IMG/VR virus record: IMGVR_UViG_3300010355_000481
DNA from: an uncultured virus (IMG/VR IMGVR_UViG_3300010355_000481)
Taxonomy: Duplodnaviria; Heunggongvirae; Uroviricota; Caudoviricetes; Crassvirales
Reading direction: 5' to 3' (one strand)
Length of the DNA: 64,000 nt
How positions within the stretch are numbered: position 1 is the stretch's first letter; each line of letters starts with the position of its first letter. Below the pieces are notes generated by a model. The model did no database searches, was not told the origin of the DNA, and worked only from the letters and a program-made list of their open reading frames with translations. The translations under genes and the position numbers were made by a program. This document shows positions 1 through 8,788 of the stretch, one piece after another.

Positions 1-65
1 GTTAGTTTGTTTAACATATTTGATAGTATAAAAACTTCATATACACCTAATTTAAATTCAAATTA

Positions 66-257
66 ATGGAAACGATTACTTATTTTATTGATCGTAAAGT
101 ATTTTCTATCATTAAAACAGAATATAATAAAAAGCAAATCGAAATTTATCGAAGAAATGTTGTTTTTCGAAAAAATAAAGGTACGCAATTTTATCCTATT
201 TATGATACGATAGAAATTACTCAACTCAAATATTTAATAATAAATGCGACAACTTAG
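66..257 (+). CDS. small hypothetical protein (63 aa)
   Basis: ATG ORF overlapping the next ORF; QFYPIYDTI resembles QFLPIMDTL of 6809..6976. Confidence 0.6.
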   Translation: METITYFIDRKVFSIIKTEYNKKQIEIYRRNVVFRKNKGTQFYPIYDTIEITQLKYLIINATT

Positions 258-459
258 GAAATACTTATATGAATATTATGCAACTTTCTATCACTTTCAG
301 ATGCCTTTACCTATTCATAAACAATTAGGACAAAAAGAATGGAAAATAGTAAATGTTATTTTTGATGGTAGAAGAAGTCGTAGGACATTTCTTGATCTGC
401 AGTGTCCTGTATTACAAGAAATTTTATTAATAATACGTCCAATACAAGTAAACATATGA
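244..459 (+). CDS. small hypothetical protein (71 aa)
   Basis: Ends in an ATGA overlap with the HNH gene start at 456. Confidence 0.6.
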   Translation: MRQLRKYLYEYYATFYHFQMPLPIHKQLGQKEWKIVNVIFDGRRSRRTFLDLQCPVLQEILLIIRPIQVNI

Positions 460-992
460 GTAAACGCCACGAAGAATTTGCAAAAAAACAAGGGTACCAA
501 TGTGCATACACAGGTAAACGATTAGAAGAAAAATTTCAATTAGATCATGTATGGCCTACATGCCGAGGTGGATACGATAGAGCTTACAACATTAAAGCAT
601 GTTTAACTATCGTTAACCATTATAAGAGAGCACAAACTCTCGAAGAATTTAGGGAATATATGTTGACGTTCCACTTACGTTTAGCTAAACTACCTAAAAA
701 GACAAAAAGTATTAAAACCAAAAAACGTATCGAATACATGCATAAAATAGCGTGGGCATTTGATATAAAAGTTGATAAACCATTCAACGGTAGATTTCAT
801 TTTGAAAAATTTGGATATCCTTTTACTGAAAATCATGCTATTATAAGTATAAAATATGAATTAGATAATAATCTTCAAGTCAGATTTAAAAAACTTACTA
901 ATAACATGAGAAAACATTACTGGGATCCTACTTGGCAAAACGTAAAAACATCAGTTATTTCACAATTTAAACTTAACTATGAAAACAGTTAA
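456..992 (+). CDS. HNH endonuclease
   Basis: CAYTG...LDHVWPTCRGG...NIKACLTIVNHYK HNH motif; ATG at 456 overlaps the upstream TGA, a likelier start than 402. Confidence 0.8.
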   Translation: MSKRHEEFAKKQGYQCAYTGKRLEEKFQLDHVWPTCRGGYDRAYNIKACLTIVNHYKRAQTLEEFREYMLTFHLRLAKLPKKTKSIKTKKRIEYMHKIAWAFDIKVDKPFNGRFHFEKFGYPFTENHAIISIKYELDNNLQVRFKKLTNNMRKHYWDPTWQNVKTSVISQFKLNYENS

Positions 993-1200
993 TATAAGCC
1001 TTATTTTACACGAATTATATCAAAAATATGCACCACATGGCGGAGGTAAATTAATTTATAAAGAATGGCCTCGTATATTATTTAATAGTTCGTTAGACGA
1101 AAATTCTAAAACAAGTATGTTATTATTAGGAAAGATACAAAATCGAATACACGCTATTGTGCACCAACACTTATTAAAATTTAATCATGAACAAAATTAA
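979..1200 (+). CDS. small hypothetical protein (73 aa)
   Basis: ORF overlapping both neighbours. Confidence 0.6.
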   Translation: MKTVNISLILHELYQKYAPHGGGKLIYKEWPRILFNSSLDENSKTSMLLLGKIQNRIHAIVHQHLLKFNHEQN

Positions 1201-1666
1201 AAACATCTCGACATATTTATCTATAATATTGTGGGGTATAGTATTATTTATTTTTATAATAAATGATTTTCATATTACCGTACCGATATTAGGTGCCGCA
1301 GCTGCTGCATCCATTATGGGGATATTAGTCGTAGTTATTAAAGACGACACTAATATTGATTATTGGCGAAAAAAGTATGACGAAGCTTTAAATGATAACG
1401 TCGAAAAAGCTAGATTATACATCAATGCTAGGAATATGCTTGAACAAGCTATTTATGAACACTATAAACCAATTATGGAAATGACAAAAGAACAAATGTT
1501 TGAAAAATCATTCGAACGCCCCTCAAATTACTTTAAACTATCAGAACGTCAACAATGGGATATTGATAGTAGATTAGGTATCCTTGATTGGAAAGGAGAT
1601 AAACTTACCGAAGAACAACTTAAACGTTTTAACGCACATTACGATGATAATAGAAAAGAAAAATAA
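1187..1666 (+). CDS. membrane protein, unknown function
   Basis: Two N-terminal hydrophobic segments, then a soluble domain. Confidence 0.65.
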   Translation: MNKIKNISTYLSIILWGIVLFIFIINDFHITVPILGAAAAASIMGILVVVIKDDTNIDYWRKKYDEALNDNVEKARLYINARNMLEQAIYEHYKPIMEMTKEQMFEKSFERPSNYFKLSERQQWDIDSRLGILDWKGDKLTEEQLKRFNAHYDDNRKEK

Positions 1667-3974
1667 TGATGTTATTGTTGACGAATCTTTGGATATCCAA
1701 GGTAAAATGCGTCTTGCAGATGGAGCAGGTAATGACGTAGTTCGTATGCTGACTAGGGCTTATTCAGACCCTATCGGTTCAATTATTAGAGAAAGTATAT
1801 CTAATTCATCAGATTCTCATATAATGGCTAATAACCCTGAACCAGTTATTTGTCGTTTATTTAAAGATGAAACAGAACAATGGTATTTTGAAGCTATTGA
1901 TATGGGCTTAGGTTTAGATGATGAGGATTTTCATAAGTATATTATGGGTGTCGGGGCTTCCTCAAAAATAGGAATACCAGGTGTTCTGGGAAATTTTGGC
2001 ATCGGAAGTAAAGCAGCTAGTTCTCATGTAGATCAATATTTCTATACTTGTCGTAAAAATAGCGTAGAACGTAAATACATGGTATTTCAAAAAGATGACG
2101 AAGTTCTGCCGGCTTTATTGTATACGAAAGATACGGAAGAGCCTAATGGTGTTATCGTTAATGTTCCTGTACCTGAAGGTGAATACCGCCAATGGCAAAC
2201 TAAGTGTAAAGAACAACTTGCTTATTTTGATAATGTAAAGTTTGAAGTACCTGGTATATTTAACGACCATACGATATTTCGTGGGGATGTTTGTCAGTAC
2301 AGTACTTTAAGTCCTGATACTGATTTACATATTACATTAGGTAATGTATACTACCCATTAAATTTTAAGAAGTTAGGTATAGATCGTATTAATGTGCCTG
2401 TCGCTTTACGGTTTAGTTTAACTGACGGTATTAATCCTATCCCAAATAGGGAAGAGATTGAATATACAGGGAAAGCAAAACAAATTATTTTAAACAAGAT
2501 ACAAGAAGTTGCTAATTGGTTAGTGGATCATTATAACGCAAATCTTAAAGAATACACTGATTGGGAAAAATGTAAAGAATTAGTAAATCCTACATGGTAT
2601 AATTGTAATCTAGCCGGACATGTATTTGATATTAAACCTATATTAAAGTATACGGATAAATTTTGTAATAACCCTGTATTTAAAGGATTACAAATTTTAA
2701 CTCCAGCTGATATAAAGTCTCTTCAAAAATCTTTATTAGGTGATAAGTTTATTAATGGTTTAATTAGCTCTACGGGTTCATGGAGAACACCTAAGCATCC
2801 TGTTTTATTAGAAACAAGTTTGTATAATAGTTCTTTATATATAGCAGATGTATATGAAAAACCAAAAGGATATTTACGAAAGTATTTAAACCATTTGAGT
2901 GATTCTAGACAATATGGAAATATTTTATATGGCGTACACTGGACTAGTCGTAGATTGCGAAAATCTAAAGATGGCCCACATAAAGGTCGTGGAGAGTATT
3001 ATCATATACAATCTTATTATGATTTACTTCGTTTGGATAAGCACCCTAAATCAGAGTGGAGAGCTCGTATTCAAGATTTTCAATTGGCTGCAAATAGTTA
3101 TATCAAAAATTCTACAAGTCTTAAAGAAATTTTAGATAGCGAAGAGTATAAAACATTTGTCGAAGATACTATTGCTAAGGAAAAACGTATGAAAGCTATG
3201 TATCCGAAAGTAAAAAAAGAACGTGTAGTTGGTACTCCAACTAATATTGTTCTAGGGATATTAGTATACTCATCTCGTTCTGTTTATCAGTATAAAGTAG
3301 AAAAAACATCTTATCCTTTAAATACTTTACATAAAAGTAAGAAAGTATGTATACATTTTTCTCCAGACGAAATAGAAAAAGCTCGTCAATTAGCAAATAT
3401 CTTATATGAAACACGTGATACACACCTTGTCTGTGTTACTTCTTCTAAAGATTACGCTAAAATTAAACATTTACATAACCATTTAAATTACACGGAATAC
3501 ATGAATTCAAAACCATTTGCCAGACTTTGTACGGCAGTTATGTTTAATCGATTATTAGAATCTTACAAAACTATTATAAATAGTGATAACCTTAGTGTTA
3601 CTAAATTTATCGATCCTAATATTTCTGATCATTACAAACTTTTAAAAAAGTATGTAAAAAATAATGAATGTTTAATAGATAATCATAACGCTATTACTCT
3701 TATCGAGCATGCCCATAGTCAAGATTTATACGATAAAACTTTGTGGGATTCTTACCTAGCTATTAAAAAGATAGTTGACGAATATGGATTTTTAGAATTC
3801 ATGAAAGTCAGTTATGGTTTTAGTACGTCGGAAGAAGAACGTCAAATTAAAAAATTAATCAATTCTTTCTTGCTTTTACAGAAAAAACAATATAAACGTT
3901 TTACCGACGTAGATATTCGTATTATTCCTAAAGCCAAAAAAGAAGTTAAAGAACAAATCCAAGAATATGCGTAA
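1644..3974 (+). CDS. rIIA: RIIA-like protein (N-terminal GHKL/HSP90-like ATPase)
   Basis: YSDPIGSIIRESISNSSDSH, DMGLGL and GNFGIGSK motifs; directly upstream of the rIIB-like gene; ATG 1644 preferred over TTG 1584. Confidence 0.85.
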   Translation: MIIEKKNNDVIVDESLDIQGKMRLADGAGNDVVRMLTRAYSDPIGSIIRESISNSSDSHIMANNPEPVICRLFKDETEQWYFEAIDMGLGLDDEDFHKYIMGVGASSKIGIPGVLGNFGIGSKAASSHVDQYFYTCRKNSVERKYMVFQKDDEVLPALLYTKDTEEPNGVIVNVPVPEGEYRQWQTKCKEQLAYFDNVKFEVPGIFNDHTIFRGDVCQYSTLSPDTDLHITLGNVYYPLNFKKLGIDRINVPVALRFSLTDGINPIPNREEIEYTGKAKQIILNKIQEVANWLVDHYNANLKEYTDWEKCKELVNPTWYNCNLAGHVFDIKPILKYTDKFCNNPVFKGLQILTPADIKSLQKSLLGDKFINGLISSTGSWRTPKHPVLLETSLYNSSLYIADVYEKPKGYLRKYLNHLSDSRQYGNILYGVHWTSRRLRKSKDGPHKGRGEYYHIQSYYDLLRLDKHPKSEWRARIQDFQLAANSYIKNSTSLKEILDSEEYKTFVEDTIAKEKRMKAMYPKVKKERVVGTPTNIVLGILVYSSRSVYQYKVEKTSYPLNTLHKSKKVCIHFSPDEIEKARQLANILYETRDTHLVCVTSSKDYAKIKHLHNHLNYTEYMNSKPFARLCTAVMFNRLLESYKTIINSDNLSVTKFIDPNISDHYKLLKKYVKNNECLIDNHNAITLIEHAHSQDLYDKTLWDSYLAIKKIVDEYGFLEFMKVSYGFSTSEEERQIKKLINSFLLLQKKQYKRFTDVDIRIIPKAKKEVKEQIQEYA

Positions 3975-4993
3975 TTTATTTAAAGAAAGCTTTAAAGCTA
4001 TACATGATATTTGGACCAAGAAAAAGGAAAAAAATCCTGTAGAAAATGCTCCAACATTAGTAGTACAAGAAGCTCCTATTATTAATCGAGTATTATATAA
4101 TAGCGTAAAAGAAACATGTACCGTCATCACACCAGATGGCGATACATTTGTTTTTCAAACTGTCACGCCTGAAAATCTTATAAAGTATAAAACTTTACCT
4201 ATCAAAGAATTATTTGCATATGTTAAAGAAGAGCAACGAAAGTTTAACGTAGCGAAAATTAATGCAAATCTAGATATCGTCGAAGATGACTACGATTTAG
4301 AAGATATAAAAGAAATGACCGACAGTCTTATTAAGACTATATTCGAAAATCACGAAGTATTTATAGTAAAGGAAGATCAACTGTATTTTAAAGATATAGA
4401 TATGCCTATTCCTTTTCCTTTAGTACCTGTATTGACTAATTTCGAATCCCAACATCAGAAAGATTCTGATAATGCGGTTATATTAAATAGTTACAATGTT
4501 TTTATTAGATTTACCCTTAAATTAATGGCAAATCCCGTAGAAGCTAATCGGAACCAATTGCTCGAATTTATCCAACGAAATAATGTTCAAATTACTTATT
4601 ATGGTAATATAATCCTATATCGACGAGCTATTCGAATCAAAGATGAATTAGAAAAACTTAAAGCATTTGTTATAGAATCGTATCTCAAAGTAAAGAAACA
4701 AAAGCATAATCCTAAGAAGTATAGTATATATACTCACATCGATACGCCCGAAGAATATAATCTTATCCAAACTCATCGTATTTATCTAAAGAAATTTCAA
4801 GATGAAAATTATGTATTGGTAAATGATGCCCCGAATGGTGAATCTTTGTATGATCTATATATGCAATATGAAGAGGAAGAAATATGGTTTACTTCAAATT
4901 ATGACAAAACAGTAAGGTTTAAGCTTCATGGTATTTATGCTATCGACGAAGATAAGATTGAAATAAATCCTGGTCTATGTCATAGTGGAGGGT
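3967..4993 (+). CDS. rIIB: RIIB-like protein, exon 1
   Basis: LMANP...QLLEFI...ITYYGNIILYR rIIB-like pattern; ends in CHSGG(L) at the predicted 5' splice site. Confidence 0.8.
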
Positions 4994-5097
4994 TAGAGAA
5001 GTAGCCCCCCTACCAAGTGATTGGTAGGTAAACTTCGGGCAAAAACAGTGAAGGCTACGGTCTGCACATGATAATATTTTATTTTTAATTTCCATAA

Positions 5098-5119
5098 AAA
5101 ATCATTATCTTGTATTGTA
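5098..5119 (+). promoter_or_regulatory. putative phage promoter motif upstream of the intron ORF
   Basis: AAAATCATTATCTTGTATTGTA, 18/22 identical to the - strand motif at 41709-41730. Confidence 0.45.
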
Positions 5120-5133
5120 AATACCACAATATA

Positions 5134-6198
5134 ATGATTAAAGCTATTCATCAACAAATCTATCAAGAACTTCTTTTAAACAAAGAAACCTTACCTGCAT
5201 TATGTTTAAAATATAATGCAGTTTATGCTACTGTAATTGGGGCTATTCGTAGAGAATATCCTGATCATGTTTTTACTTATATACCCAATAAAAATGTTAA
5301 TCATACTTTTATGAGTAAACCTTACACACCAAATAACATGTATTTTTTAGGAATGATGTTGGCTGATGGTTGGGTTACAAGTAATAACAAAATAGGATTG
5401 CGTTTAAAAAAAGAAGATATGTATCTTGTTGAAAAATTATACAAATTAATAAACTCTAATCAAAAATTTAATGGTAATGTTCTTACCATAAGTTCTGATC
5501 AATTATACAAAGATTTATGTAATTTAGGGTGTAAACCTAATAAAACTTTGAATAAATTTAAATTACCAGCTATACCTGATAATTTATTTTTTCATTTTTT
5601 GCGTGGATATTTTGATGGAGATGGTTCTATTTCTTTACGAAAACATAGAAAGCATCAAATTCAAGTGTATATATGTTCAATTGATGAAGATTTTTTAAAA
5701 CAAATACAATCTAAATTATCTTTTTTTTCTATTTCTAGTAATATTTATAAAGAAATAAGAAATGGTAAATCTTTAAAATTACCAGCAGGGAATTATAAAG
5801 ATAATTGTGTAGATATGTACCGGTTAAGAATATCAGGATTTAAAAATCTTTTTAGATTATATGAAAATATGTATAAAGATAGTGATTTAAAGATGGAAAG
5901 AAAATATAAAATGTTTAGTGTATACTATGTTAATACTGTGCTAACTTTAGCGGCTAAATACCCTAAAGCAGTGCAACGCATAGATAATGAAACTTTTAAT
6001 ATTAATTATGATATTGAAATGGACTTAGCAAAATGTTATGGAAAAGAACAAAAACCTCCTTTAAATAAGGAAGTTTTGTTTGATCTTTATATAACTCAAC
6101 AATTACCTGCAATTAAAATTGCTAAATTGTTAAATTGCTCAAGAACTTTCGTATCAAAATGGTTAAAAGAATATAATTTATCCAAGAGTGCCCGATAA
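5134..6198 (+). CDS. intron-encoded double-motif LAGLIDADG homing endonuclease with C-terminal HTH
   Basis: YFLGMMLADG and HFLRGYFDGDG motifs; C-terminal AIKIAKLLNCSRTFVSKWL HTH; ATG 5134 likely start. Confidence 0.85.
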   Translation: MIKAIHQQIYQELLLNKETLPALCLKYNAVYATVIGAIRREYPDHVFTYIPNKNVNHTFMSKPYTPNNMYFLGMMLADGWVTSNNKIGLRLKKEDMYLVEKLYKLINSNQKFNGNVLTISSDQLYKDLCNLGCKPNKTLNKFKLPAIPDNLFFHFLRGYFDGDGSISLRKHRKHQIQVYICSIDEDFLKQIQSKLSFFSISSNIYKEIRNGKSLKLPAGNYKDNCVDMYRLRISGFKNLFRLYENMYKDSDLKMERKYKMFSVYYVNTVLTLAAKYPKAVQRIDNETFNINYDIEMDLAKCYGKEQKPPLNKEVLFDLYITQQLPAIKIAKLLNCSRTFVSKWLKEYNLSKSAR

Positions 6199-6286
6199 CT
6201 GGTGAAGATGCCAGTTAAAAATATATGCTGAACTTTAAGGAAACTTAAAGAATCTAGGGATAAAAAGCCTTAGAGATAACAAATTG

Positions 6287-6636
6287 TACACGCAGCAACT
6301 GTTGATTTTAATTATTCTTCATATGGAGATACACCTTTGGTTGTATTAGTTAATCCGATGAAGACATTGGTTATACCCCACGGGGACGCTAAAAAAATGC
6401 GAGTTACGGAAATGTATATTGCCGCCATTAACGAAAACGAAGGTTCTCAGATTTCCGAAGATCTTATCCACGAATTTGACGAAGAATTTCATAATTATAC
6501 GACCGAAGAGCTAGTTGATTTGTGTCGAGCAAATACCACTGTGCCTAGTATAAAAGAAAATAATTGTCAACTTACTAATAACGAATTACCTGTATTAACC
6601 CAATTATTAACTCAAGCTACTGTAATACCTATATAA
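6287..6636 (+). CDS. rIIB: RIIB-like protein, exon 2
   Basis: (L)HAATVDFNYSSYGDTPLVVLVNP...IPHGDAKKMRVTE matches the rIIB C-terminal pattern; spliced product 458 aa. Confidence 0.8.
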
Positions 6637-6812
6637 TGAATATTAAAATTTATGGTATAGATATAGCGATAAACTTACTGGTAGATAAAATGAGATATAG
6701 AATATATGAAAAAATTCAATCTGATTTAATGAGTAATATTTCAGAAACATGTTGTAAAGAAATTTCAGAAACTGTTAGAAACTTTTCCAGTCAAATTAAT
6801 AGTAATATATGA
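6636..6812 (+). CDS. microprotein (58 aa), not in ORF track
   Basis: MNIKIYGIDIAINLL...SQINSNI; TAATG overlap with rIIB, ATGA overlap with the next ORF. Confidence 0.6.
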   Translation: MNIKIYGIDIAINLLVDKMRYRIYEKIQSDLMSNISETCCKEISETVRNFSSQINSNI

Positions 6813-6976
6813 AATTAGTAGCTACAAACATTTCTTCGTGGAAATTGGGACTAACTGTTAATATGAAACATAATCCTCAATTTTTACCTATAATGGATAC
6901 ATTATGGAATGATGAATCTTTTTACTGGAATTTTCTCATGAATATTATACGCAAAATATATAAAAATATAGTATGA
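6809..6976 (+). CDS. microprotein (55 aa), not in ORF track
   Basis: MKLVATNISSW...IIRKIYKNIV; ATGA overlaps at both ends. Confidence 0.6.
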   Translation: MKLVATNISSWKLGLTVNMKHNPQFLPIMDTLWNDESFYWNFLMNIIRKIYKNIV

Positions 6977-7080
6977 AACATGTAGATGAAGAAATTTGGG
7001 ATATTATGTGTAAAGAATTACGTGCAACTGATTTACATACAGAACGGTTAGTAGAAATACAAAAACCCTCTAAGAAGTAG
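6973..7080 (+). CDS. microprotein (35 aa), not in ORF track
   Basis: MKHVDEEIWDIMCKELR...; ATGA-coupled to the upstream ORF. Confidence 0.45.
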   Translation: MKHVDEEIWDIMCKELRATDLHTERLVEIQKPSKK

Positions 7081-7118
7081 GAAATTAATTATTTAATTTA
7101 TAATAAAAATTTTTAAGT

Positions 7119-7880
7119 TTGAACGATAGATATATAACTGATAAGGCTAGTATTCTTAATACGCCTATCACCAACAATCGAAGCGCCAAATATGGTCGCA
7201 TACACCACAGCGTGTTTTTACAGGAAATTCCTGAACAATTAGCCTTAAACGGTTACACTATTAAAGAAGAAAGACTAATGACTGCCAATAAGTGTAGTAT
7301 ATTGTCTGGGAGTTATATGATCCAGTCAGATCTTGACATAGAAATGTGCCCGACAATTAGTTTTGTAAACTCTTATGACGGTAGTAAAAAAGCATTAGTA
7401 CAAGCAAGTTCGACAGTTCTCGTATGTAAAAATGGTATGTTACGTGCCGGATTTAAAGGGAGTCGTAAACACATTGGTGACAGTGCTGCCAGCGACTTCA
7501 GAATTATGCTTCAACAAGCTATCGGACAGCTTCAATCTGAGTTTGAACAATTAGTTCGTAACAAAGAAGAAATGAAGTGTATCGAACTTGATAAGATGAC
7601 GATTTCCAACATGGTTGGGGATTTATATTTAAATCAAGGTATTATTACTGAAACTCAACTTTCGGTATTTAAACATGAAAGAAAACATTCTAAAGATTTT
7701 CAAGGGAATACTTTATGGTCGGTGTATAATAATATGACCGAAGCATTCAAAACGCTTCATCCTAGTAATTATGCTAAAACCCATGCGTTATTTCATACGT
7801 ACATTTTGGATTCTTTCGGACTATCCAATGCCCCACAATTATTTGAACAATTAGAATTATCATTTCCAACACCTGAATAA
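7119..7880 (+). CDS. DUF932/DUF945-family protein
   Basis: NSYDGSK...VLVCKNGM...RKHIG...TLWSVYNNMTE signature. Confidence 0.8.
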   Translation: MNDRYITDKASILNTPITNNRSAKYGRIHHSVFLQEIPEQLALNGYTIKEERLMTANKCSILSGSYMIQSDLDIEMCPTISFVNSYDGSKKALVQASSTVLVCKNGMLRAGFKGSRKHIGDSAASDFRIMLQQAIGQLQSEFEQLVRNKEEMKCIELDKMTISNMVGDLYLNQGIITETQLSVFKHERKHSKDFQGNTLWSVYNNMTEAFKTLHPSNYAKTHALFHTYILDSFGLSNAPQLFEQLELSFPTPE

Positions 7881-8788
7881 TGCAAAAGAAAACCATTCAA
7901 AAAGCTATCCAATCTTACGTGGATACATGGCTTAAAACAATTACCGACGAACAATTACGTGAAGACACTAGAGATTCTCTAGTTGTTTCTGGAGGTAGTA
8001 TATGTTCGATGTTCTTAAAAGAACCAGTTAATGATTACGATATCTACTTACGCGACGTAAATGTAGCTTATCGATTAGCGGTTTATTATGCTGCCGGAGA
8101 TATCGGAACTGATAATATCCTTATCGGCACTAAACGTGAAGAATATCTAAAACAGTTTAACGAACATCAACATAATATTACTAAAGTAATTTATGAAAAT
8201 TTAAAACCCGAACAGGTTAAGTTAATGATCGCTACTGGCGGACAAAAAACTCAACATGAAGATGACGGTACATTAAAGTTTAGACCTACTTTCTTTTCGC
8301 CGAATGCTATCAGTTTATCTGATAAAATTCAAATTGTATTACGATTTACAGGTACTGTCGAAGAAATTCACAAAACGTTTGACTTCGTACATGCTACCAA
8401 TTATTTTACGTTCGAAGAAGGTTTAGTTACTAATCTTGAAGCTGTCGAATCTATATTAACTAAACAATTACGATATCAAGGAAGTCGTTATCCATTAACT
8501 ACCATTATACGTATTAAGAAATTCTTAAAACGAAATTGGAACATTAATGCGGGAGAACAATTAAAGGTGATGTTTCAAATATCTCAACTTGATTTAACAA
8601 ATCATTGGGTACTTGAAGATCAATTAATCGGAGTTGATGTTGCTTACTTTGCGAAGATTATCGATATTTTGAAACTAAAAACAGAGAAAGACCCTAACTT
8701 TTACTTAAGTTATGAGTATCTTTGTACGATAATCGATAAAGTATTTAACGACGAAGAAGATGATTCAACTACGACACAACCAAACTAA
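7880..8788 (+). CDS. nucleotidyltransferase-fold protein (CCA/poly(A) polymerase head-like)
   Basis: VSGGSICSM...VNDYDIY (hGG...DhDh) plus a downstream FDF motif. Confidence 0.6.
   Translation: MQKKTIQKAIQSYVDTWLKTITDEQLREDTRDSLVVSGGSICSMFLKEPVNDYDIYLRDVNVAYRLAVYYAAGDIGTDNILIGTKREEYLKQFNEHQHNITKVIYENLKPEQVKLMIATGGQKTQHEDDGTLKFRPTFFSPNAISLSDKIQIVLRFTGTVEEIHKTFDFVHATNYFTFEEGLVTNLEAVESILTKQLRYQGSRYPLTTIIRIKKFLKRNWNINAGEQLKVMFQISQLDLTNHWVLEDQLIGVDVAYFAKIIDILKLKTEKDPNFYLSYEYLCTIIDKVFNDEEDDSTTTQPN

Larger units (their letters stand above)
4994..6286 (+). ncRNA. group I self-splicing intron (1293 nt) in rIIB
   Basis: P1: exon GGAGGGU with GCCCCCC, U4993.G5004 wobble; P2 CTACCAA/TTGGTAG; P3 TCGGGCA (5035-41)/TGCCCGA (6189-95); P7 GCATA (5978-82)/TATGC (6224-28); P8 TAACTGG/CCAGTTA; P9 CTTTAAG-GAAA-CTTAAAG; terminal G6286; splicing restores in-frame CHSGG-L-HAAT. 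Confidence 0.88.

Noticed and set aside
5002..5004. TAG read-through / stop-codon reassignment as in some crAss-like phages
   Set aside because: This TAG lies inside intron P1, and genes elsewhere are long and tightly packed under the standard code.
5110..6198. Intein in rIIB
   Set aside because: Exon 1 is followed by a stop, there are no intein splice residues, and group I RNA pairings explain the insertion.
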